A stretch of DNA of 64,000 bases from Endomicrobiales bacterium (GTDB lineage Bacteria > Elusimicrobiota > Endomicrobiia > Endomicrobiales > CAWCFT01), in contig CAWCFT010000016.1 of NCBI GenBank assembly GCA_963794945.1, positions 47,339 to 111,338 of the forward strand. The letters are read 5' to 3'. Shown in pieces: positions 19,452 through 27,591 of this stretch. A program made the translations under genes and the position numbers. Every line of letters begins with the position of its first letter. Position 1 is the first letter of the stretch. The notes under the pieces were generated by a model. The model ran no database searches. It was not told where the DNA came from and saw only the letters and a list, made by a program, of their open reading frames with translations.

Positions 19452-20852
19452 TTATTGATTGCGCCAGGTATAATAAAGTGTCGATACCGTAAAATAGAAA
19501 CCCACGGGCCGCGCTTCAAAGGCTTTTGCGACTGAAAGTTCAAGCTTGACCGGAAAAAGCCTGAAAAGCACTATCTTATACCCAATACCGGTTCCCGCGC
19601 TGAACTTCGGGTCTGATGGCGTCGTAAAAATGTCTTTAGTGCCGATCTTTGCGCCTTCTGCAAAGAAATTCCACGTGAACATCGAGACCGATATACGCTC
19701 AAAAAACTCCTGTTCTGTTACCTTGTTGAGCGGTATATTATATTTTATGGCCGCATACAATTTCGAATCTCCCGTGAACTCCTGGAAATTATAGCCGCGC
19801 AGTATCCTGTAACCGCCGAGGAAATAAAATGAATTTAGCGGCCTGTTAGAAACTTCTATCGGGTAACCGGACTGGAACTCGAATTCGATGAAATCCGACT
19901 TGAAAACTTTGTAAAAACGCCTGTAATTAAGTTCAGCCTGCGTATAATTGTAATTGCTCCCAAGGTTTTGGAAGGAATGCTGTAACAAAACAGACGCGCT
20001 CCCTCCGGTCGGCGCCGAAGTTGATTCTGTAATGGAATCGTTCCAGACGCCGATTTCACCCAGGATATTTTTCCCCTGATCCAAGACAAAGTTCGAAGAC
20101 ACGGCATCCGTATAAGTATTCTCGAACCTCATACTGGTCCTTATTTTAGTGTATTTGGCAATAGGCTCCTGCACGTACGGAGTTACAGACTGGCTTCGCT
20201 GCAGGTACTGGGTCCCGGAATAGATCTGATCGAAATTCACGTTGTCGGCAAAATTTATTCCAATGGCAAGCGGCGATATGTTATATAGAAGGTCAAGCCC
20301 ATAGCCCATTATCTCGTTGACAAAATCGTATTTAGTGTTGAAATCCAGAGTTGTCTGCCTGTACTCTTGCTTAAGGTTCAGGTCGAACGCGCCGCTCGGC
20401 AGGTAAATGCGCATCTTGGGAGAAACGCTTATCACCGTTTCCTGAACTTTCATCTCCGGAAGTTTCTCTCTAAATTGTTCCAGTTTTTCCTGCGTGGTCA
20501 TGGCGCACGTTGAGATAGTGATAGACGTAGAACTGGATATAAAGATCGTTGTGGTCGTGCAACTTGAGACGACTATCGAAGTAGCTTTATAGCTTACACC
20601 GGCGACGGGGCTGAATGAAGCATTTGAAGGGGCCGCCGCAGGGCTGGAGACAATAACTGTTGTAGTTGTGCTGCTTGATACTATGATCGAAGTGGCTGTG
20701 AAGACTGGAACCGCTGTTTGGCTGGACACTGCGACCGCTTTATCCGCGGCGCCCGCATACACAAAACAAAAACCCGCGGCCTGAACCAAAATTAAGGCTG
20801 CAAGAGCCAGGCATTTTTTGCGTCGTCCGGAATTGAACGGTAGCTTTAGCAT
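19452..20852 (-). CDS. Omp85/BamA-TamA-superfamily beta-barrel protein with Ser/Thr-rich N-terminal repeats
   Basis: Signal peptide; FYFLGGYRILRGY (L6 loop (V/I)RG(F/Y)-like motif); alternating aromatic strands; S/T repeats ATSIIVSSSTTTT and ATSIVVSSCTTTT. Confidence 0.65.
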   Translation of the reverse strand: MLKLPFNSGRRKKCLALAALILVQAAGFCFVYAGAADKAVAVSSQTAVPVFTATSIIVSSSTTTTVIVSSPAAAPSNASFSPVAGVSYKATSIVVSSCTTTTIFISSSTSITISTCAMTTQEKLEQFREKLPEMKVQETVISVSPKMRIYLPSGAFDLNLKQEYRQTTLDFNTKYDFVNEIMGYGLDLLYNISPLAIGINFADNVNFDQIYSGTQYLQRSQSVTPYVQEPIAKYTKIRTSMRFENTYTDAVSSNFVLDQGKNILGEIGVWNDSITESTSAPTGGSASVLLQHSFQNLGSNYNYTQAELNYRRFYKVFKSDFIEFEFQSGYPIEVSNRPLNSFYFLGGYRILRGYNFQEFTGDSKLYAAIKYNIPLNKVTEQEFFERISVSMFTWNFFAEGAKIGTKDIFTTPSDPKFSAGTGIGYKIVLFRLFPVKLELSVAKAFEARPVGFYFTVSTLYYTWRNQ

Positions 20853-21350
20853 TTATCGGAAATTTGTGAACTGAAGCGGCAGTGAAAAATTTATATTCCT
20901 CAAGTGCGCCATAACAGCCTGAAGCTCGTCCTTTTTAGGAGATATCACCCTGACCTTGCTGCCTTCTATCTGGGCCGTAACTTTTATCTTTGAATCCTTG
21001 ATTATCTTAACTACCTCTTTCGCCTTTTCGCTCGGAAGCCCGCTGACAATGTTTATCACCTGCCTGACCGTCCCCTCGAACGCTTTCTCGGTAGGCTTTT
21101 CTTCAAGCGCCTTCAGCGACACACCTCTCTTCGCGAACCTGCCGTCAACTATATCCCGCAGCGCCCTCAGCTTAAAATCGTCGTCGCCGATAAGCGTCAG
21201 CTTCTTTTCTTCCTTGTTATACTCAATGGTAGACTTACTGCCTTTGAAATCAAACCTCTGCGCCAGCTCCTTCTGCGCCTGGTTAACCGCGTTCTCTACT
21301 TCCATGAAATTCACGTCGGACACGATGTCAAAAGAGAAATTCTGAGCCAT
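20853..21350 (-). CDS. yajQ: YajQ-family nucleotide/c-di-GMP-binding protein
   Basis: SFDIVS, ENAVNQAQKELAQRFDFKGS, KVRV...KKDELQ, LPLQFTNFR; ATG 21350 after GGAGG. Confidence 0.93.
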   Translation of the reverse strand: MAQNFSFDIVSDVNFMEVENAVNQAQKELAQRFDFKGSKSTIEYNKEEKKLTLIGDDDFKLRALRDIVDGRFAKRGVSLKALEEKPTEKAFEGTVRQVINIVSGLPSEKAKEVVKIIKDSKIKVTAQIEGSKVRVISPKKDELQAVMAHLRNINFSLPLQFTNFR

Positions 21351-21370
21351 TGAAACCTCCGCGAAATATA

Positions 21371-21442
21371 TAATTAAAAATTGAAGATTCAAGATTAAAG
21401 ATTGCAATCTTCTTAATCTTAAATTTTAAATCTTCTAAATTG
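21371..21442. repeat. Heptamer-periodic inverted repeat (intergenic)
   Basis: AATTAAA AATTGAA GATTCAA GATTAAA GATTG / CAATCTT CTTAATC TTAAATT TTAAATC. Confidence 0.7.
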
Positions 21443-21450
21443 GTCTTAAA

Positions 21451-21903
21451 CTACCATATTTTTTTCTGCGCTATCGCCCGCACTATATCTTTTTTTGTTA
21501 TAACACCGACAAGTTTATCATTTTCCACAACGGGGAAATAGTGGATGCCTTTTTCAATTATCATCGTGGCCACCTCTTCCACCGCTGTCTCCGGCGAGAG
21601 CACCGTCATATTCTCTTCCATTATGCCGGACACCGTCAGTGAGGCCATTTTCTTCATCTCGGTTTCAAATTTCTTTTCTCCGATCGCGAAAACGCCGCTT
21701 AAAATGTACACGAATGTCGGAAGGTGGACCTTTTTGTCCTGCAGTATAAGCCCCTCTTCAAGGGCGATGCCTGCCAGTTTCCCGTTATCCACTACCGGGG
21801 TGCCGCTTATATCTTTCTTTATAAGAAGCTCGGCGAACTCCCTTAAGTCCATGTCCGGTTTTACTACGGAAACGTCTTTGGTCATTATCTCCCTGATGTT
21901 CAT
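21451..21903 (-). CDS. CBS-domain pair protein
   Basis: REIMTKDV...PVVDNGKLAGI and IME...FPVVENDKLVGVITKKDI. Confidence 0.9.
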   Translation of the reverse strand: MNIREIMTKDVSVVKPDMDLREFAELLIKKDISGTPVVDNGKLAGIALEEGLILQDKKVHLPTFVYILSGVFAIGEKKFETEMKKMASLTVSGIMEENMTVLSPETAVEEVATMIIEKGIHYFPVVENDKLVGVITKKDIVRAIAQKKIW

Positions 21904-22045
21904 TTTATGCTCCTTGTGGGCCGCCGGCGAAATATGTCAAAACTTTTTTCAGGGTTTAACAAAAGGGCTATCGGCAGGGGTGACGGGCGTGTCGGGACGA
22001 ACAAAATTAAAGTACCGCCGGGATCGACCGGCTTAAAATACCGAA

Positions 22046-22084
22046 GCCGGAGTTAATCTGTCACAAGGACAAATTAACCCCGGC
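22046..22084 (-). terminator. Probable intrinsic terminator of the small Zn-ribbon gene
   Basis: Imperfect stem GCCGGAGTTAATCTGTC / GACAAATTAACCCCGGC about 10 nt after the stop, followed on the minus strand by TTCGGTATTTT. Confidence 0.5.
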
Positions 22085-22093
22085 CTATCAAAT

Positions 22094-22240
22094 CTATTTC
22101 TTGCCGATGATCTTAAAAACCTTCGTGCTGCAAACGTTGCAGGTTCCGGAAATAGCTTTCATTCCGTTCTTCATAACGACTTCTTTCGGGTCCTTTACTT
22201 CCACCTGCTTCTTGCATTTCATGCATCTTGCTTCTGCCAT
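22094..22240 (-). CDS. 48-aa basic Zn-ribbon protein (DUF5679-like), missed by the ORF track
   Basis: MAEARCMKCKKQVEVKDPKEVVMKNGMKAISGTCNVCSTKVFKIIGKK*; two CxxC pairs; SD GGAGGAG. Confidence 0.85.
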   Translation of the reverse strand: MAEARCMKCKKQVEVKDPKEVVMKNGMKAISGTCNVCSTKVFKIIGKK

Positions 22241-22285
22241 GGTAAACTCCTCCCGTGCGATTTATAGCCTGTTACGACTAAAATG

Positions 22286-22313
22286 ATTATACCATTTTTT
22301 TTTATTCTGTCAA
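22286..22313 (-). promoter_or_regulatory. Consensus sigma70 promoter for the small Zn-ribbon gene
   Basis: Minus strand TTGACA-16 bp (contains an A9 run)-TATAAT with extended -10 TG (TGGTATAAT). Confidence 0.75.
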
Positions 22314-22318
22314 ATAGT

Positions 22319-22422
22319 GAAGCTCCGCCAGCAGGAGCTGGCGGCTTCTTTTACTATGCCAACAACCTGCGTGTCGCCTTCGGCGGCCGCCAATCCATCC
22401 TCAAGCGAGAGCTTGGGGGTTT
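22319..22422. repeat. Paired GC-rich palindromes (REP/PATE-like; may also terminate ychF)
   Basis: GAAGCTCCGCCAGC-AGGA-GCTGGCGGCTTC and ATCCATCCTCAAGC-GAGA-GCTTGGGG. Confidence 0.4.
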
Positions 22423-22455
22423 AACGTGGTGGACCAACCACGCGCGCGGCAACGT

Positions 22456-23553
22456 CTAGACATTGAACAGGAATTCAACAACATCGCCGTCTTTCATTAT
22501 GTATTCTCGGCCTTCCTGGCGTACGAGGCCCTTTTCCTTGACCGCTTTCTCGCTGCCGTACTTAACCAGGTCGTCAAAGCTCATGATGTTGGCGCGTATA
22601 AAACCTTTTTCGAAGTCCGTATGTATGACGCCGGCGGCCTTGGGTGCCGCATCGCCTTTGTTTATGGTCCAGGCCCGGGTTTCTTTGGGGCCGGTGGTAA
22701 GGAAGGTTTGCAGCCCGAGTAGCGCGAAGCACTTTTTCGCGAAAACATCGAGGCCGGACTCTTCTATGCCCAGCTCTTTAAGGAAATCCCTCTTCTCCGC
22801 GGCATCGAGCTTAGATATCTCGTCCTCGATCTTCGCGCAGATAACAGTGAACTCCGCGCCGTCTTTTTCCGCGTAGGCTTTTACTGCGTCCACGAACGGG
22901 CTTGGTTTGCCTATCATGCTGTCCGTTATGTTCGCTACGTATATCACTTTTTTAGAGGTTATGAAATTTAACGTCGTTAACAACTCGTTTTCAACGGCGC
23001 TAAACGTAAGCGAACGCACGGGCTTGCTGGCCCCAAGTGCGTTCTTTACTTTATCCAGTAGGGCAAACCTGTCTTTTGCTTCCTGGTCACCGCCGGCTTT
23101 TATCTGCCTGTGAGCGTTCGCGTGCATCTTCTCGGCCTGCTCCATGTCCGCGAGTATCAGCTCCGTGTTCACAGTCTCGATATCGTCAACCGGGCTTATC
23201 TTCCCGCTTACATGGACAATGTTTGAGTCTTCAAAACACCTCACAACGTGGGCGATAGCCGAGACCTCGCGTATGTGGGATAGGAACTTGTTGCCGAGCC
23301 CTTCCCCTTTCGATGCGCCTTTAACAAGCCCTGCTATGTCCACGCATGTTATCATGGCCGGCACTACTTTTACAGAACTGCTCATCTTTGCGAGCACGTC
23401 AAGGCGTTTGTCCGGTATTGGCACAATGCCCGTGTTGGGCTCGATAGTGCAGAACGGATAGTTCTGCGCCTCCGCGCCCGCGTTAGTTATAGCGTTAAAA
23501 AAAGTTGACTTCCCTACATTGGGAAGCCCTACGATCCCTACTGATAACGGCAT
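22456..23553 (-). CDS. ychF: Redox-regulated ATPase YchF
   Basis: GIVGLPNVGKST, NYPFCTIEPN, DIAGLVKGASKGEGLGNKFL, IHTDFEKGFIRA. Confidence 0.97.
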   Translation of the reverse strand: MPLSVGIVGLPNVGKSTFFNAITNAGAEAQNYPFCTIEPNTGIVPIPDKRLDVLAKMSSSVKVVPAMITCVDIAGLVKGASKGEGLGNKFLSHIREVSAIAHVVRCFEDSNIVHVSGKISPVDDIETVNTELILADMEQAEKMHANAHRQIKAGGDQEAKDRFALLDKVKNALGASKPVRSLTFSAVENELLTTLNFITSKKVIYVANITDSMIGKPSPFVDAVKAYAEKDGAEFTVICAKIEDEISKLDAAEKRDFLKELGIEESGLDVFAKKCFALLGLQTFLTTGPKETRAWTINKGDAAPKAAGVIHTDFEKGFIRANIMSFDDLVKYGSEKAVKEKGLVRQEGREYIMKDGDVVEFLFNV

Positions 23554-23668
23554 ATTTTCTCCTTGTTAAATATGTTTCAAGAACACTTTCAACGAACAGT
23601 GTTCTGGTTAATGTACATTATATGGGCCTCATCAGTCAAGCCTGAGGACCAGCCTGAGGACCTTGGCC

Positions 23669-24418
23669 TTATTCTTTCTGTTTAATCATCACCTGGAATT
23701 TATCCTCAACCAGCTCTTTGAATTTCTCGGGGTTCCTGGATGAGCCCGGAATAATACCGTAATGCATCGGGATAACAAGTTTCGGGTTTATGTCTGCGGT
23801 GGCCTTGGCCGCTTCGGCTGGGCTCATCGTGACGAACCCGCCCACCGGCAGGAACGCGATATCGGTCTTAATCTGCTTCATCTCGGGTATCCTGTCGGTA
23901 TCGCCCGCGGTGTATATTCTCACGCCGTCAACCGTGAATATATATCCCAGCCATTTGTGCTTTTTCTTATGAAATATAGTAAAAACCGTGTTGTAGGCCG
24001 GCACCGCTTCAATGACAACGCCTTTTACGGTTATAGTTTGCCCCGGTTCCATAAACCGCACGTCACCGGAAAGCTTTTTTTTACAGGAAGGGTCGTCCGG
24101 CGCAACTATCACGGTGTCCGGGGTTTGTATCTTTTTTATGTCCGCGGGAGACAGATGGTCGGGATGCGGGTGAGTGATCAATATAATGTCGGCCCTGGCC
24201 GGTTTTGTCAATTGGTACGGGTCGGCAAAAATAGTGAGCCCGTCATGCACCTCGATAGCCGACTGCCCGTGCCAGGTAATGTTTTCCATAGCGAACGTCC
24301 TGGTGTCCTTAGGAACCCTCGGCGCCCCCGCCCACGCTTGCCCGCCAATGAAGAGGGCCCCCGCCATGAAACAGCAAAACATCAAAACAATCAAAATCTT
24401 ATTCATGATCTTCTCCAT
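23669..24418 (-). CDS. Secreted MBL-fold metallo-hydrolase
   Basis: Signal peptide; THPHPDH, AGDTD, IPMHYG. Confidence 0.85.
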   Translation of the reverse strand: MEKIMNKILIVLMFCCFMAGALFIGGQAWAGAPRVPKDTRTFAMENITWHGQSAIEVHDGLTIFADPYQLTKPARADIILITHPHPDHLSPADIKKIQTPDTVIVAPDDPSCKKKLSGDVRFMEPGQTITVKGVVIEAVPAYNTVFTIFHKKKHKWLGYIFTVDGVRIYTAGDTDRIPEMKQIKTDIAFLPVGGFVTMSPAEAAKATADINPKLVIPMHYGIIPGSSRNPEKFKELVEDKFQVMIKQKE

Positions 24419-24424
24419 TTTAAT

Positions 24425-24880
24425 TTAGTTATCCGTTGTACCTGAGTATCGGTTCATGCTCCTTATTGAACTGCAAAAAACGCAGTTTTCTTTATGCACG
24501 CAAAGCGTTTTACCGCACCTGGGACAAACCCACTTTTTCTGCTCGCTTTTAACAAACCCCCTGATACCGTGTCTTTGTATGTATAGCTGGTTTTCAATCA
24601 TGCTCATTCCGTACCTGGCACGGTATCTCTTATCTAACAGCTTCAGGCGCACGCATGGAAAAATATCGCATTTAAAACAATATTTATCGCCCTTGGGCCT
24701 TCTGGAGCATATCCTGATCTTACATACCGAGCAATATTTAGGTTTGTTATTGCTTTCGGTATTACACCCTGCGCACGTTTTAGGCTCTTTAAACTGGGAT
24801 TTACAAATAGTACAGTTCATTCCGCAAGGCGCTATCATTGATATTTTCATCATTATATTAAAATTATCCATCTTCATCAT
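24425..24880 (-). CDS. Cys-rich DUF3795-like protein
   Basis: IAPCGMNCTIC, CAGC, CSVCKIRIC, CFKCDIFPC, YGMSMIEN, CPRCG...CVH. Confidence 0.7.
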   Translation of the reverse strand: MMKMDNFNIMMKISMIAPCGMNCTICKSQFKEPKTCAGCNTESNNKPKYCSVCKIRICSRRPKGDKYCFKCDIFPCVRLKLLDKRYRARYGMSMIENQLYIQRHGIRGFVKSEQKKWVCPRCGKTLCVHKENCVFCSSIRSMNRYSGTTDN

Positions 24881-24922
24881 TTCATTGTAAAAAACAAGGC
24901 TGTCAAAAAGCAGAATGAACTT

Positions 24923-25513
24923 TTACTTGAGCCTAGGCTTTACCGGTTGGCTCTCTTCCTGCGCCGGTTCTTCATTTTGCGGCGCGGGCTTGGGCGCCCA
25001 CGTGTTGGCTATCTCCGCGGAAGCGGACGCTATGACTTCTGCGGTATCGGTTTTAATTACCCGCGCGTTGATCTCCGCCGTATTGCCGTTAATGTCCAGT
25101 ATCGTTCCCGTAACTATCGCTTCCACTCCCAGTATCTTCCCTATCTTTTTTGTGGTTTCCGCGTCAACAGCGCCTGTGCCTTCCAGGTGCAGTTCCTGCA
25201 TGACATTTTCAAGCATCTGCCGCTCTATCACTTTAAATTTATGCAATTTGACTATCCGCGTTGTCAGGCGCTCCGAGACCATCAGCCCCACGTCGGACTT
25301 CTTTTCCTTCCCGTAGCTAAACGGCATGATGGCTATTTTGGAACCGTCGGGCAGCTCCGCCGATTCGTAAAGCTCCTTAGCCATTACCTTGTAAGGGTCG
25401 CCCTGGGTAAGTTGGGGCTCGCTCGAAGTAACACTTTCGCTTCCGGAGCTCGCGCTCCGGCCCATACAAACAAAAAAGCATAAGGCAAAACCTGCTGTGA
25501 CAATTTTCTTCAT
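24923..25513 (-). CDS. FlgO/CsgG-like envelope protein
   Basis: Signal peptide; KIAIMPF, FKVIERQML..VMQEL, IGKILGVEAIVTG, INARVIKTDTAEV. Confidence 0.7.
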   Translation of the reverse strand: MKKIVTAGFALCFFVCMGRSASSGSESVTSSEPQLTQGDPYKVMAKELYESAELPDGSKIAIMPFSYGKEKKSDVGLMVSERLTTRIVKLHKFKVIERQMLENVMQELHLEGTGAVDAETTKKIGKILGVEAIVTGTILDINGNTAEINARVIKTDTAEVIASASAEIANTWAPKPAPQNEEPAQEESQPVKPRLK

Positions 25514-25547
25514 AAATCGCTCCTGTAATATTATTATTGTTCCTTAG

Positions 25548-25898
25548 CTATTTATATTTTATAGCAACGGCTTTCATGCCGTATTCTTCTGTGCCTATCA
25601 AGGCTACTTTGCCGATCGGCACAGCGCCGCCGCTTTGATTTGTGGCGCCGATTATAATAATCCCATCCGCGCCGATCTTCCTGGCGGCTTCTTTTAATTT
25701 TTTAATATTAACTTTGTCGGAATGAGAATTAAATTTTATTTCCCCAAGTTCAATGTAGGCCCTGTTTGGTTTTGCGGTCCTGTACACGTCTATGTTCGAA
25801 TTCACGGGTTTCGCGGGTAACGCCTCTCTATACATACTGACCCTTGCCGCGCAGCCCATGAAACCAACAGCCAAAAGTAATAGGATCAAATACCGCAT
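25548..25898 (-). CDS. Predicted lipoprotein (dodecin/YbjQ-like fold by pattern)
   Basis: Lipobox FMGC; YIELGEI, LKEAARKIGADGII, AVAIKYK. Confidence 0.6.
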   Translation of the reverse strand: MRYLILLLLAVGFMGCAARVSMYREALPAKPVNSNIDVYRTAKPNRAYIELGEIKFNSHSDKVNIKKLKEAARKIGADGIIIIGATNQSGGAVPIGKVALIGTEEYGMKAVAIKYK

Positions 25899-26070
25899 AC
25901 CGCCTCCTTTTTATTCTCAGAAGCCACATACCAGCCAGCTATATTATACCGTAAATATTCCCTTGCCGGCAAACGAACAGGCGCCTCCGATATGTACCGA
26001 ATACTCGCCGTTCACTAATTTACCCCTCATCAGTATTTTTGAAGGGCGTTTCATTTAGATCCCCTGCTCA

Positions 26071-27480
26071 TTAATTAATATTAAGCGCATTAAGTATCAC
26101 ATCCGACAGCCTGTCGGCTATAAGCATGTTGCCCGCTTTAGTGCAATGGCCAAAATCACCGCCAAATTGGTCAATAAAATACTTGTCATAATCCGAACGC
26201 TTTACCGCGTCCTTAAATAGTTGGCTGTTGTCAACAAAATAAACGCTTTTATAGCCGTCCAGCATTTTTTTTAAAGGCTCAACGCTCCTCATCGGATACT
26301 GCATGCATATTTGCATTATATTCCTTTTCTTCAGTTCATCTATCAGGAGTCTATAATTTTCACGGGTCAATGGGTTTATAAAGCTGAGTTGGGAAAACTG
26401 CGCCTTGCCGAAATATTCATCGGCCTTGTCGTAGTTCCCCGACACTAGGTAATGAATAGCCAGGCATCCATAGAACTTGCCGTCATCGGGCTTGAGCCTA
26501 GCAGCTTCCTCAAAGACATTTATGGCTTCCTGCTGTTTGCCCATTTTCATCAGGGTTTTGCTTAGGGATAAGTAGCCTCTCGCTTGTGTGACGTCCATGC
26601 TGATATACTGCCTGAACATTTGAGCCGCCTGATCGAATTTGTTTTGCCGCAAATATAATTCCCCATGCGCATATACGGCCATGCTGTCATAAGGCAATAG
26701 TTTTGTTGCGGTTTCCAGGATTTTTTCTCCCCCGGGATTATCTATCTGTTTATCATAAAGTGAGCAAAGCCGTATACGTGTATCCAGGCTGTCGCCAGGG
26801 ATATCCATCGCCTCTTTCAGCAGTTTTAGCGCTTCCATATACTTGCCGGACTGGATATAGGCTTCACTTGTGAGGTTTAGCGAGTATATTCTATTTTTAT
26901 TTAATAGGAAGTTGTTATCGCGTTCCAAGCTATTTGCGGGGGCTGATGATTTGTCACTAGCATTTTCCTGGGCCGAACCGCTGCCGCTATATTTGATGAA
27001 TTTCTGGCGCAAATGGGCCTTTATCAAAACGAACAGCCGGTATATCTTCAGCCTGTGCAAAAAATCTGACTTTTCACCGTACGGCAATATGTCTCTACTG
27101 TTGTTGCGCGTAATGTCGTTGATCCCCATCATTGTCACTACTATATCTGGAGAATATTCATCCAGGTTTTTGTTCAAGCTAGACAGTATCCTGTCAGTAG
27201 TCGTTCCTACCACACCTTTGTCAATAACCTTGAAGCTTTTGTTCCTGCTTTTTCTGTTCAGCGCTTGTTCGAGCAGGGCGGGGTACTGGTTCGAGGTTGT
27301 CGATTCTCCGATGCACATTATGGTAATCGAAGACTTATTCTTAATTTTATATCTGTTCCTAAGCTCCTGTCCTTCAGAAATTATATAACCGCAGGTGCGC
27401 ATTAATATTTCCGAAAAGACAAACGCCAGTAATATACCGGAAACAACAAATAGGCATTTCTGGAAATACGATATTTTCAT
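26071..27480 (-). CDS. Membrane-anchored SGNH-hydrolase-like protein with inserted TPR repeats
   Basis: N-terminal TM; CIGESTT (block I), MMGINDI (block III), TPR helices, DFGHCT..GN (block V). Confidence 0.65.
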   Translation of the reverse strand: MKISYFQKCLFVVSGILLAFVFSEILMRTCGYIISEGQELRNRYKIKNKSSITIMCIGESTTSNQYPALLEQALNRKSRNKSFKVIDKGVVGTTTDRILSSLNKNLDEYSPDIVVTMMGINDITRNNSRDILPYGEKSDFLHRLKIYRLFVLIKAHLRQKFIKYSGSGSAQENASDKSSAPANSLERDNNFLLNKNRIYSLNLTSEAYIQSGKYMEALKLLKEAMDIPGDSLDTRIRLCSLYDKQIDNPGGEKILETATKLLPYDSMAVYAHGELYLRQNKFDQAAQMFRQYISMDVTQARGYLSLSKTLMKMGKQQEAINVFEEAARLKPDDGKFYGCLAIHYLVSGNYDKADEYFGKAQFSQLSFINPLTRENYRLLIDELKKRNIMQICMQYPMRSVEPLKKMLDGYKSVYFVDNSQLFKDAVKRSDYDKYFIDQFGGDFGHCTKAGNMLIADRLSDVILNALNIN

Positions 27481-27591
27481 TGCTTATATCCGGGTTGTGG
27501 AAATTCATAGAACACAATACTTAGCTGCCCGCGTAATGGCTTCAGTCATTGGTATGCGAGTCATGCTGTTTCTCTAACTCATGCATATATG

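Noticed and set aside
21905..22090. Riboswitch in the leader of the CBS gene
   Set aside because: An alternative pairing (CCGGCTT/AAGCCGG) overlaps the terminator, but I recognise no aptamer consensus.
23639..23662. 12-bp tandem duplication AGCCTGAGGACC x2
   Set aside because: Two copies only, with no associated element; could be a local slip or a read error.
25900..26054. Short minus-strand ORF MKRPSKILMRGK... (36 aa)
   Set aside because: Too short and without a recognisable motif; cannot be supported as a gene.
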